64,000 nucleotides of DNA, from the sequence record LR756504.1. One strand, 5' to 3'. The notes beneath the pieces were generated by a model that did no database searches, had not been told where the DNA came from, and saw only the letters and a list, made by a program, of their open reading frames with translations. The translations under genes and the position numbers were made by a program. Shown here in pieces: positions 28,262 to 37,596 of this stretch (position 1 is the first letter of the stretch; every line of letters starts with the position of its first letter).

Positions 28262-29023
28262 TTATTTTTTTATACAAAAAAAGAACGTGTTCGCATTCAT
28301 AGCTTTTATTTCTTCTTTAATTTTATCAATTTCAGTATCACCTTCATTTTTAATTGCTTCACCATTTATTTGAACATTACCTGGTAATGGCATATTATAT
28401 CGAGTAAGTAGTCTACCCAATTGTTGTTTAGATAAAGCTAAAGCATATCTTTTAAAATGATCCATTTCGAAAATATCTTCTGCTGGAATTCTTGAATAAG
28501 TTTCTAAAATAATATCAGTAGTTGCTGATGTTAATAAGTGAAACTTTTTTGATTGAAAGTGATAATCAAACTTTAATGTATGTTTAGATAATTGATTTAA
28601 CATATCAGAGAAACTATCAATAATAACTTTATAAACGCCTAATTCTCCTATCGTGGTGACCATTGAATTTAAATAGGGTTGATTAGTTAATCCATTATTA
28701 ACACTAACATTTCCTTGACCATTTCCTGTACCAAAACCGAGTGAGAATAAACTTCTATCTGTAATTTGATAAGTCCATATAACATTTTGAATTTCGTCTG
28801 GTAGAGTAATATATTTATATTGAGTAAACTGCTCAGTACATAAAGTATCAAGTGGTAAATAATAATAAGCTCTTATTACAGAAAATGGATGGTGTTCATA
28901 GAACCAAGGTAATGCTATTTTTTCAACCAATCTTTTAATTTCAATTGTTGGAAGAATTTGAGGCAAACTACAAGACATCGTTAGATCCATATTAATCAGG
29001 TCAAAAATTTCTAAATCTGTCAT
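28262..29023 (-). CDS. gp13-like neck protein
   Basis: C-terminal KRYALALSKQQLG..L.RY...LPGNVQINGE.I..EG..EI pattern of T4 gp13 family. Confidence 0.75.
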   Translation of the reverse strand: MTDLEIFDLINMDLTMSCSLPQILPTIEIKRLVEKIALPWFYEHHPFSVIRAYYYLPLDTLCTEQFTQYKYITLPDEIQNVIWTYQITDRSLFSLGFGTGNGQGNVSVNNGLTNQPYLNSMVTTIGELGVYKVIIDSFSDMLNQLSKHTLKFDYHFQSKKFHLLTSATTDIILETYSRIPAEDIFEMDHFKRYALALSKQQLGRLLTRYNMPLPGNVQINGEAIKNEGDTEIDKIKEEIKAMNANTFFFCIKK

Positions 29024-29109
29024 AATTTAATATCATTTTATGTATATATTAAAAAAAAATTAAAACATTTAACAAAAATAGTATATAACAAAATAGTAAT
29101 TGTTAAAAC

Positions 29110-30903
29110 ATGAAAATTTTAGAAATAATAAAAGAAAAAGAAAATAATATAGGATCATTAATTTTATTCATAAATAAAAGACCAGAATTATTAAATGAGA
29201 TAGAAGACTTAATTCAAACTAATATAGGAGAAAATAATTTAACTATATCACAAAAATTATGGCATATAATAAATAAAAATTGGAATTTACAATTATGTAC
29301 TTGTGGTAAGTTGTGTAATTGGATTGGTTTTAAAAATGGATGGAAAATATCATGTGGTAATAAAATATGTTATATACCTATGGTTAAAAAGAATAATTTA
29401 GAAAAATATGGCGTTGAAAATCCAGCACAATTAGAAAGTATACAAAAATTGAAAAAAGTTAATTATAAAAATAAATATGGTGTAGAACACCAAATGAAAA
29501 GAATCGATATTCAAAATAAAGTGAAACAAACAACATTTGAAAGATATGGTGTAGAACACCCGACACAAAGCAAAGAAATTTTAAAAAATGTTAGAAATAC
29601 ATGGAACAATAAAACTGATGAAGAATTACAATTAATTAAAGATAAATTAAGTAATACTTTTTTAAATAAAAGTGATGAAGAGAAGGAGTCTATTTTAAAT
29701 AAAAGGAAAAATAATCTTAAAGAAAATTATGGAGTAGAACATACTTTTCATGTTCCTTATATTAAAGAAAAAATAAAACAAACCCATTTAGAAAGATATG
29801 GTGTGGATCATCCAATGAGAAATGATGAAATTCAAGAAAAAAGAATTGAATCTTATAAAAAAGGATATATCGAAAATCTTTTAACTAAAGTTGAAAATGT
29901 TGAATATATCAATCATGTTAATAATAAAAAGGGTGGATTACACTTACACTGTAATATATGTGACAAAAACTTTACAATTCATCCTACATTATTATATAGT
30001 AGATTAAAAGCTAATGTACATATATGTACTAAATGTGTAGATAAAACTTCTACATCAACAGGAGAAAAAGAATTATTAGACTTTATAAAAAGTATCTATA
30101 ATGATGAAATAGTAATAAATGACAATAAACAGATAGCTCCACGACATTTAGATATTTATATTCCAAAATTGAAAATGGCATTAGAATTTAACGGTTTATA
30201 TTGGCATAACGAATTATTTAAAAGTGATGACTACCATAAAGAAAAATCGGATAAATGTTTAGCTAATGATATAAGGCTTATTCACATATGGGAAGATGAT
30301 TGGAATTATAAAAAAGATATTGTAAAATCTAGAATTAAAAATTTATTCAAACTTAACAGTGAAAAAATATTTGCTAGAAAATGCGATATTAGAGAAATTT
30401 GTGCGAATCAATGTAGAGATTTTTTAGATGAAAATCATTTACAAGGTTTTATAAATTCTAAATACTACATAGCACTATATTATGATGATGTAATAGTTTC
30501 TATTATGACTTTTGGTGTATTAAGAAGTGTAAAAAATATAGATAATTATTTTGAATTATATCGTTTTTGTAATAAGCTAAATATTAATGTTGTAGGAGGT
30601 GCATCAAAAATGTTTAAATATTTTATTGATAAATATAAGCCAATTGAGATAACAACATATTTCGATAGATCTTGGGGATACTCTATCGTATATAACACAA
30701 TTGGTTTTAAATTTGACTCACTTACAATACAAGGTTATCATTATGTAATATCGGGTATTAGAGAACATCGATCAAAATGGAATAAGAGTAAACTAGTTAA
30801 ATTGGGTTATGATAAAAATAAAACAGAAAAAGATATTATGTTAGAAAATAAAAAATACAGAATTTATAATAGTGGTAATGAAAAGTGGATATGGAAGCAA
30901 TAA
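29110..30903 (+). CDS. Hef-like / PD-(D/E)XK homing endonuclease with KYGVE repeats
   Basis: CTCGK zinc knuckle, YGVE(N/H)P repeats, CNIC..CTKC, LDIYIP..K.A.EFNGLYWH, FLDENHLQG C-domain. Confidence 0.8.
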   Translation: MKILEIIKEKENNIGSLILFINKRPELLNEIEDLIQTNIGENNLTISQKLWHIINKNWNLQLCTCGKLCNWIGFKNGWKISCGNKICYIPMVKKNNLEKYGVENPAQLESIQKLKKVNYKNKYGVEHQMKRIDIQNKVKQTTFERYGVEHPTQSKEILKNVRNTWNNKTDEELQLIKDKLSNTFLNKSDEEKESILNKRKNNLKENYGVEHTFHVPYIKEKIKQTHLERYGVDHPMRNDEIQEKRIESYKKGYIENLLTKVENVEYINHVNNKKGGLHLHCNICDKNFTIHPTLLYSRLKANVHICTKCVDKTSTSTGEKELLDFIKSIYNDEIVINDNKQIAPRHLDIYIPKLKMALEFNGLYWHNELFKSDDYHKEKSDKCLANDIRLIHIWEDDWNYKKDIVKSRIKNLFKLNSEKIFARKCDIREICANQCRDFLDENHLQGFINSKYYIALYYDDVIVSIMTFGVLRSVKNIDNYFELYRFCNKLNINVVGGASKMFKYFIDKYKPIEITTYFDRSWGYSIVYNTIGFKFDSLTIQGYHYVISGIREHRSKWNKSKLVKLGYDKNKTEKDIMLENKKYRIYNSGNEKWIWKQ

Positions 30904-30934
30904 TTCAAAAAACTATTGCTTCCATATCCACTTT
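30882..30934. repeat. Perfect 21-bp inverted repeat at endonuclease gene 3' end
   Basis: AAAGTGGATATGGAAGCAATA (30882-30902), 11-nt loop, TATTGCTTCCATATCCACTTT (30914-30934). Confidence 0.9.
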
Positions 30935-31175
30935 ATCTAAATTTTGGCATAATGATATTTTCCTTTTTATGGGTAGTTTCATATTTCTTAATTTTTTTAG
31001 CCATTTTCATATCCCTGTGTAAACTTTTTACATTTCTACGAATGGCTTTCTTAGGATTAAGTTTGGACATACCCAAGTTTTTACATTTATGCTTCTTTTC
31101 CTTATCATTAGAAACAGCAAATGTTATATTAATACTTAATATAAAAATTATTATAAATACCAATAGCTTCTTCAT
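30933..31175 (-). CDS. Small basic secreted protein
   Basis: Signal peptide MKKLLVFIIIF...TFA; K-rich mature part. Confidence 0.65.
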   Translation of the reverse strand: MKKLLVFIIIFILSINITFAVSNDKEKKHKCKNLGMSKLNPKKAIRRNVKSLHRDMKMAKKIKKYETTHKKENIIMPKFR

Positions 31176-31263
31176 AATTATTTGATTTATACTTAAATAT
31201 ACTAAATTTTTTCTATAAAGTCTATATTTTTTCAATATTTATTTACAAAACCTTTAAAATTTT

Positions 31264-31845
31264 CTATTTTCTGAGTTTTGCTATGGATATTTCATCTAAA
31301 TCGAAGATGGGTACTTTAGTACAAAAATCCCATCTTTTTTGACCATCCCAATCAGCCCTCGTATAAAGGGTGTAAATTTCCACATTTTTATAATAAGTTT
31401 TATTTAAAGAATTAGACACTTTCATTAAGTTATAATGATTCGAAATATTTTCTTTTAGTGTTAAATTATCATCATATTGGAAATTTGTTTTATCGGTAGT
31501 ATAAAACTGTAATTTATCTTTCAATAAATTCCAAATATCTTCTATTTTCACAAGCAAGAAACTATCAGATGTTTCAAATGCTATTATTTCAGCTTTAGAA
31601 GCCATCCAGCCACTATTTCCTCTAACATCTATGAATTCCACACATCTTGTATTATCGTCTGTCTTAGGGCTTGATTTTATTTGAATTGATACATTAGTTT
31701 TACCCATATAATAATCAATCTTATTTACCATATCATCATTCGAATTACTTTTTTCAAATGATACACCTTTTTTAGCTAATAATTCTTCAAATAATAGTTC
31801 AGTCGTTTTACCATCTTGGAAGCAAATATTCCTTCTATTGTTCAT
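31264..31845 (-). CDS. PD-(D/E)XK-like nuclease
   Basis: GK..E..FEE, KIDYY, IQIKS, VEF..VRG..GW pattern. Confidence 0.6.
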   Translation of the reverse strand: MNNRRNICFQDGKTTELLFEELLAKKGVSFEKSNSNDDMVNKIDYYMGKTNVSIQIKSSPKTDDNTRCVEFIDVRGNSGWMASKAEIIAFETSDSFLLVKIEDIWNLLKDKLQFYTTDKTNFQYDDNLTLKENISNHYNLMKVSNSLNKTYYKNVEIYTLYTRADWDGQKRWDFCTKVPIFDLDEISIAKLRK

Positions 31846-31926
31846 AAAAATTATATATGAAAATGATAAAATGTTTAGAATTTAACCTTTACATTTTTAT
31901 ATATAATAAAAATTATCATTTTAATA

Positions 31927-32787
31927 ATGAAGTATTTAAAGAAGTATCAAGATTATGGTAAAATAAATGAAGCGGTTGATGCAGCTAAATTACAAATATC
32001 AATTCAACTTATTGGGTATGCTGTTGGTGAAAAATACAAAAAAGGTATTACAGGTGCATGCACATTCCTCTATGATGGAAAGCCTTTAAACACAGCCCCA
32101 ATGAATTTTACTTTCCTTGATAGCGAAGATAGATTCATTTACTCTACTAATGAGTCTTTTAATATTGCAACAGGTTCTTCTATTCATGGACCATTTAAAA
32201 TGGGTATCTTAAAAAAGAATATCGGTGCTGATGGTAAAGCTGTAATTGGAAATTATGGTACAGAACAAAACACATGGGTTTTAAATCTTAATAAAAATGG
32301 TACTGCTTGGATGGCTCAGGGTATTATAGTACCAGGTGGTGCTAATCCAGTAACAATAAAACCAATTGAATTAGATTTAGGAAATTTCTTTGCACCCAAT
32401 GTTGATGTTATAGACGAAACTAAGAAGACTGAATTAAATGATATGTTAAAACCATTTGAAACATATTTTACTGAAAATAAAGGTGCTTTAAGAGCGCCAG
32501 GTGCTACCGATAAGTATACATTTACTTTTGTTGGTGGTGCATCACAAGTTGCCACTACATATCAAGGTGGAAACCAAGCTTTAGCACAAGCAAGAGCTAA
32601 CAATTTGAAAAATTATGTCATTACTTTATATAAAACATCCAATCCAGATTTATCGAGATTTATATCACAAGTTGCGACAGTAACTACAGTAATGGGGAAA
32701 ACACCATACGTGAAAGGTACAGACAATCCACAAGATCCTAAATTCTTAGCTGAACAATTTGTTAAACTTAGCTTAAAAGTTAAATAA
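31927..32787 (+). CDS. Capsid-targeting-like N-terminus plus OmpA-like C-terminal domain
   Basis: MKYLKKYQDYGKINE|A; F..N...I, GGAS, NQALAQARANNLKNY, EQFV. Confidence 0.65.
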   Translation: MKYLKKYQDYGKINEAVDAAKLQISIQLIGYAVGEKYKKGITGACTFLYDGKPLNTAPMNFTFLDSEDRFIYSTNESFNIATGSSIHGPFKMGILKKNIGADGKAVIGNYGTEQNTWVLNLNKNGTAWMAQGIIVPGGANPVTIKPIELDLGNFFAPNVDVIDETKKTELNDMLKPFETYFTENKGALRAPGATDKYTFTFVGGASQVATTYQGGNQALAQARANNLKNYVITLYKTSNPDLSRFISQVATVTTVMGKTPYVKGTDNPQDPKFLAEQFVKLSLKVK

Positions 32788-32815
32788 AAAAGGGAGTTTT
32801 TAACTCCCTTTTTTT
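32786..32815. terminator. Bidirectional intrinsic terminator
   Basis: AAAAAAGGGAGTT-TTT-AACTCCCTTTTTTT. Confidence 0.85.
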
Positions 32816-33981
32816 ATTACATTTTTTAAATAATTAATTCGATTACAATCAGTAGATTCATCAATCATTATTATATAACCCAACGACTTTATTTTACTAT
32901 TAGAAAATGTATTAATATTTTTAAAATAAATATCCCATGTCAAGTCTACATAATATACTTTATTTTTAAATACCAAAATATTATTAGCGTGTAGCCCATT
33001 ATTAGTACTCAACGTTATATGATAACACTCTATATTATTTTTATTTAGAAAATGCTTTAAAATGATAGCATACCCATTACATATAGTAGTTCGATATAGA
33101 ATTATTTTTTCTATATTAGTGTAATTTGTATATGTAGTAGTATTTTTTTGTGCGTATGATAAAAATGCTCTAAAGAAATAATATGTTACGAATATCTTTT
33201 CACTATCACTAAAATTCGTATTTGTGTATAAATAATCACATATTTGTTTTTCGTTTATAAACCGTTTAGTTCTAATTACATTTTTAAAGAAAACATATGC
33301 ATCATTTTGAATTGACATTACTTTACCAGAAGGAGATTTAGTAGAGTTCATTAAATCAAAATCTTCGGAATATAAATTTAATAAATCTACATTCTTATAT
33401 TTACTCATGAATTTTACTAAATTCGAATTATTAACTTTAAATATTTTATCTCTTGCTATAGTATCCTTTTTCGAAAGGAAATTATACAATTCACTGAGTT
33501 TAAGTGTTTGTCGAATATCACTTTTTATTTCTTTAATATCATCAATTTCTATAGGATGACTTGATAATGCATTATCAACAAGTATTTTAAACTCATCAAT
33601 AATGGGAGTGTTATATAGACTATCTATCCAATTTAAAAACTTAGGATACACATCTTCTTTGGAAAAATATTTTAATATGGCATCATTTTGTACGATATAA
33701 TTATAATAGAAAGCATCAGAATTTATATTATATAAACTATGAAGCTCATAATACTTCATTTCAGATGAAATATAAGTAATATTATCATTAAATTTTATAC
33801 CAAATGGTGTTAAACTATACCCACTATAGCTACCTTTAGCTATCACACGTGTTAAATCATAACACTTTTTATATTCGGCGTTATCGTAATAAGTTTTTAG
33901 ATAGGTATCCAAATTTAAAGTTTTTGAAAAACCTGTAATGGATATTGAAAATAGAATTAACAATATAAACAATCTCTTCAT
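32800..33981 (-). CDS. Secreted transglutaminase-like protein
   Basis: Signal peptide; ICNGYA (Cys), HANN (His), VDLTWD (Asp) triad; host promoter TAACTTTG at 34000-34007 on minus strand. Confidence 0.75.
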   Translation of the reverse strand: MKRLFILLILFSISITGFSKTLNLDTYLKTYYDNAEYKKCYDLTRVIAKGSYSGYSLTPFGIKFNDNITYISSEMKYYELHSLYNINSDAFYYNYIVQNDAILKYFSKEDVYPKFLNWIDSLYNTPIIDEFKILVDNALSSHPIEIDDIKEIKSDIRQTLKLSELYNFLSKKDTIARDKIFKVNNSNLVKFMSKYKNVDLLNLYSEDFDLMNSTKSPSGKVMSIQNDAYVFFKNVIRTKRFINEKQICDYLYTNTNFSDSEKIFVTYYFFRAFLSYAQKNTTTYTNYTNIEKIILYRTTICNGYAIILKHFLNKNNIECYHITLSTNNGLHANNILVFKNKVYYVDLTWDIYFKNINTFSNSKIKSLGYIIMIDESTDCNRINYLKNVIKKGS

Positions 33982-34056
33982 ATTTCTATAATTAGAGAAC
34001 AAAGTTATAAAATATTGTAGACTAATACAAATATTTTATAACTTATTTTGAGAAAT

Positions 34057-34557
34057 TTATTCTATAGATTTAAAAAAATGTTGATAATCTGGATTTTTCC
34101 ATACACCGCCCCAATTCCACCCATATTTCTTAAAAATTTGGATTACATCATCATTTATAGTGCCTTTATTTCCTATTTTATACACTCTACCTTCAATTTT
34201 ATGTGCATTTATATGTATCCATGGATTTTGAAAAGGATTTATATCTATGGCACATCCTTTAGCATGTTCAGATAATTCGGTTGTACCTACTACGACTCTA
34301 TAATTAAAGCACGAAGTATTGTTTGCTTTACAAGACTGATAATCAGACCATTCAAATTCAGAAATAGGAATAATTGAATGTATAGGAAATTTAATAGAAA
34401 ATAAATCTTGAAATATTCTTTTTACATCATCCTCTAATTTTTTATGCACAATTATCTGTCCTTGATGAATTGTATCATCAAATCCATAATATTTAACAGT
34501 TGTAATAACCAAAACTTCTAAAATTTCTTTAGGAATTTTTTTACCTTTTAATATCAT
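34057..34557 (-). CDS. M15 family peptidase (endolysin candidate)
   Basis: FNYRVV, SEHAKG.AIDINP, WGG.W, DYQHF. Confidence 0.88.
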   Translation of the reverse strand: MILKGKKIPKEILEVLVITTVKYYGFDDTIHQGQIIVHKKLEDDVKRIFQDLFSIKFPIHSIIPISEFEWSDYQSCKANNTSCFNYRVVVGTTELSEHAKGCAIDINPFQNPWIHINAHKIEGRVYKIGNKGTINDDVIQIFKKYGWNWGGVWKNPDYQHFFKSIE

Positions 34558-34566
34558 TTGTAAGTT

Positions 34567-35514
34567 TTAATATCTCGGTTCTATTACGCTTGGTTTATAT
34601 TTAATGTCATTATCACATAATATATTCAAACATTCTACTAAATCTGCTAAATGTAGAGATAGTACACTATTATAATCATCTTTTCTATAACCACCGAATA
34701 GTGAAAGAGCTAAAGGAAATGGCTTTTTTAATTCTTCTTCAATACTTTTAACAAAGTTGTATACTATTTTAGAACATTCTATCCATTGTTCAGTATTTAA
34801 TTGTGTACCATAGTCGTCCCAAAAATGGGAGTCAGCACCATGACAGAATACTAAATAATGTGTTTTTCCTTGAATTATTCGTTCTCTTAATTTTTCTAAT
34901 CTTTCCTGTAAATCAATAATGTAATATTTACTATGATATTGAGGATTAATATTACATTCTGTAGGAACAGCTTCATTTAAATCAGGTGCAAAATACCTAC
35001 TGTCTTCTAAACTATTTCCAAAATGCCCATCTAAATCGAGATATGCACCAGATAATCCAAGTTCTCTATAAATTTTTAGTGATGCTATTACTTGTCCTGA
35101 AAATGTACAAAATCCCATTCCTTCATCAGGTGTAGCATGATGGAAACCAGCAGTATTACTAAATGATACTTCATCTGGATTTTTTATAGAATTTAAAATA
35201 GCATTATATAAACTCGCATTAGTATATCTTACCGAATCTGCAAATTGAGCATTCCACTTCAAACCATTTGATGATGCTTGTGGTTCTATACCATTAAAAA
35301 AATTGTCAACATATTTTTCGAAGTGTGCTGTATAAAAAACTTCTTTTTCGAAAGGTTCAAACTCCTTGATGTCGAAATATTCCAATAATCCGTTTTTATG
35401 GATGTATTCTATAATTTTTTTTGGTTTTAATGGTGATTTGGAAATATTTGGCACATTTTCGTCCATTAAAACCATTCTTTCATCATAAAATGTTGATATT
35501 GTCTTTTTTCTCAT
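34567..35514 (-). CDS. Histone-deacetylase-family (Zn-dependent) deacylase
   Basis: GFHHA, GFCTFSG, LDLDGHFGN, GADSH..D, GGY. Confidence 0.88.
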   Translation of the reverse strand: MRKKTISTFYDERMVLMDENVPNISKSPLKPKKIIEYIHKNGLLEYFDIKEFEPFEKEVFYTAHFEKYVDNFFNGIEPQASSNGLKWNAQFADSVRYTNASLYNAILNSIKNPDEVSFSNTAGFHHATPDEGMGFCTFSGQVIASLKIYRELGLSGAYLDLDGHFGNSLEDSRYFAPDLNEAVPTECNINPQYHSKYYIIDLQERLEKLRERIIQGKTHYLVFCHGADSHFWDDYGTQLNTEQWIECSKIVYNFVKSIEEELKKPFPLALSLFGGYRKDDYNSVLSLHLADLVECLNILCDNDIKYKPSVIEPRY

Positions 35515-35616
35515 TGCTCATAATAACGTTTTTTTTAATATAAATGTTATATAAATAATGAGAAAAAAATTTAAGTGTCGATAAAATATATTGAGAATAT
35601 GTTTAATATATACAAC

Positions 35617-35862
35617 ATGAAAAATAAAAAAAGAAAACACTTGAAGTCATTCAATCAATTCTTGAAGCCTTCTTTTCCAAATTATCCACCGATGGGAATA
35701 TCATATTTTGATAATGACCAAGATTGTTTTATGAATGGTGTAATAGAAGAAGATGAAGAAATTTTTAAAAAAGGTGAAATTTGTACTTGTGGTGGAAATG
35801 GTTGTTCAGAGTGTAATGGTATAGGCTTTAAAAGATTAGATTCAAATGAGGAATTAGACTAG
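35617..35862 (+). CDS. Small Zn-ribbon protein with capsid-targeting-like N-terminus
   Basis: MKNKKRKHLKSFNQF; CTCGGNGCSECNG; AATATATA upstream of 35617. Confidence 0.65.
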   Translation: MKNKKRKHLKSFNQFLKPSFPNYPPMGISYFDNDQDCFMNGVIEEDEEIFKKGEICTCGGNGCSECNGIGFKRLDSNEELD

Positions 35863-36122
35863 TTAACAATATCATCTATAATAACTTTCCTTCTAACATT
35901 TTTATTTTTAAAATTTAAGCAATTTTGACAAACAGGTATAAAAGTATTATAATATTTCTCTTCGTATGATATTTTACCTCTCTTTTTACAGTATTGACAT
36001 TTTTTAAATTTTTTAGACAGATATAATATTGGTATAGCAAATATTGACAATATTAATACTATAACCAATATTATTACTCCTAATATAATTTTTTGAAATT
36101 TTAATAGAATCTCTTTTTTCAT
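35859..36122 (-). CDS. Membrane-anchored CxxC protein with C-terminal RxxIIxxIV tag
   Basis: TM helix, CQYC...CQNC; ends RRKVIIDDIVN. Confidence 0.7.
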   Translation of the reverse strand: MKKEILLKFQKIILGVIILVIVLILSIFAIPILYLSKKFKKCQYCKKRGKISYEEKYYNTFIPVCQNCLNFKNKNVRRKVIIDDIVN

Positions 36123-36142
36123 GAATATTTTATTATAAATAG

Positions 36143-36760
36143 TTATTTTTTGTATTTTTTATCAAAAGCTGACCTATCTGTTAAATCACTTTCAAAAATA
36201 ACATCAAATTTAGAGCAACACCATATATCAGCAGGGGTTGTTCTAGCTATAGTACCTGTGAAAAATGTATTGTAAGCATTAGCAATAACTTCTGAACATT
36301 CAATTGTTCTTTTTCCGTCTTCGTTATTTTTACCTGTCCACCAACCTTTACCAAATACTTTTTTAGTTAATAGATATATTACTTGTGTGAATAATAGTGT
36401 ACCATAAGCATATGGTTTATTAACTATATCAGTAATATTATTATACACCGTTTCAACAGTATATCCAAATTCTGGTTTAGCTCTTAAAACTGCTATTTCT
36501 CTAACATCACCTAATTCTGTCATATATTTATCCAATCGTTTAGTGACAACAAAACCATTAGCTACAGCTTCAGCTATGTATAAAGTATCTAAATAGTTAA
36601 CAACTAAAGCAGCATGATTATAATAACATTTAGTCAACATTCTAATAACTGGTGAAGGTATATCACTTATAGATGATATTTTATTTTTGTGTACCAAAAT
36701 AACATCTGTTTCATTAAACGTTATGTTTTGTCCTTTGTAAGTAAATTGTTTAGTTATCAT
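36143..36760 (-). CDS. Permuted papain-like NlpC/P60 (YiiX/YebB-type) amidase
   Basis: YNHAALV, IAEA, KPY, late ECSEVIA (His before Cys). Confidence 0.8.
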   Translation of the reverse strand: MITKQFTYKGQNITFNETDVILVHKNKISSISDIPSPVIRMLTKCYYNHAALVVNYLDTLYIAEAVANGFVVTKRLDKYMTELGDVREIAVLRAKPEFGYTVETVYNNITDIVNKPYAYGTLLFTQVIYLLTKKVFGKGWWTGKNNEDGKRTIECSEVIANAYNTFFTGTIARTTPADIWCCSKFDVIFESDLTDRSAFDKKYKK

Positions 36761-36856
36761 ATATTTTTAATTATTTTTTTCATTTAGTTTTTGATATTAC
36801 ATCTCATTATCCATAGATAGTAATATTTTAATATATATTAAAAAAGTATAGACTTT

Positions 36857-37564
36857 ATGTATAGTTATATTGGAGTTGATTTATCGTTAACATCTGCTGC
36901 ATTAGTTATCAAAACTAATGGTGTATATCACTATCTTTCATATGTTAAAAATTTCAAATATGGGAAATGGACTAAGTTAATGAATTTTGTTAATATTACG
37001 AGTACAGAGTTTAAAATTAGTGATAATTATTCTACAAACGAAAACAATAAATTAATTGATTATGATAGAATAACTGATCAAATAATTTTTGATATTAAAA
37101 AAATAACAGGTGATGATAATATAATTTATAATATAGAAGGGTTTTCCTATAGCAGCGGTGGTAAAACATCTTCAATTATTGACATAGTAACATATACGAC
37201 TTTATTTAGAAGTAAAATGAAAAATATATTAAACGCAAAAATGAATGTTATATCACCATCAACTTTAAAAATGCAAGCTTGTTATTTAGTATATGGTGGT
37301 GAAATTAAAAAAAATAAAAGTGGTAATATTATTAAAATAATCACAAAAACATCAGATGGTATAAGTGGGGGCTCTATGAAAAAACATCAAATCTTTAAAG
37401 CTTTAAATGATTCGAATATTAATAATGATTTAACAAAATTTATTAGAGAAAATTTTAAAGAAATTTATAAAATGTCTTCTATTATAAAACCATTAGATGA
37501 TATAAATGATGCTTTTTTCTTATTACTATTTTTAGAATCAAATATTGTGGATATTATAAAATAA
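36857..37564 (+). CDS. RuvC-like Holliday junction resolvase
   Basis: IGVDLSLTS, IEGFSY, SPSTLK, DDINDAF. Confidence 0.8.
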   Translation: MYSYIGVDLSLTSAALVIKTNGVYHYLSYVKNFKYGKWTKLMNFVNITSTEFKISDNYSTNENNKLIDYDRITDQIIFDIKKITGDDNIIYNIEGFSYSSGGKTSSIIDIVTYTTLFRSKMKNILNAKMNVISPSTLKMQACYLVYGGEIKKNKSGNIIKIITKTSDGISGGSMKKHQIFKALNDSNINNDLTKFIRENFKEIYKMSSIIKPLDDINDAFFLLLFLESNIVDIIK

Positions 37565-37596
37565 AAAATAATATATAGTCAATATTACAATTTATT

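Noticed and set aside
27866-29023. Isolated gp25/gp13 genes as a separate contractile-system locus
   Set aside because: Dispersed structural genes are normal for jumbo phages; surrounding genes and promoters are continuous with the phage genome
7959-32815. Recurrent GGGAGTT...AACTCCC hairpin (7965, 26826, 32792) as a mobile repeat element
   Set aside because: Each copy lies between convergent genes with A/T tails and has a different loop; best explained as a preferred bidirectional terminator
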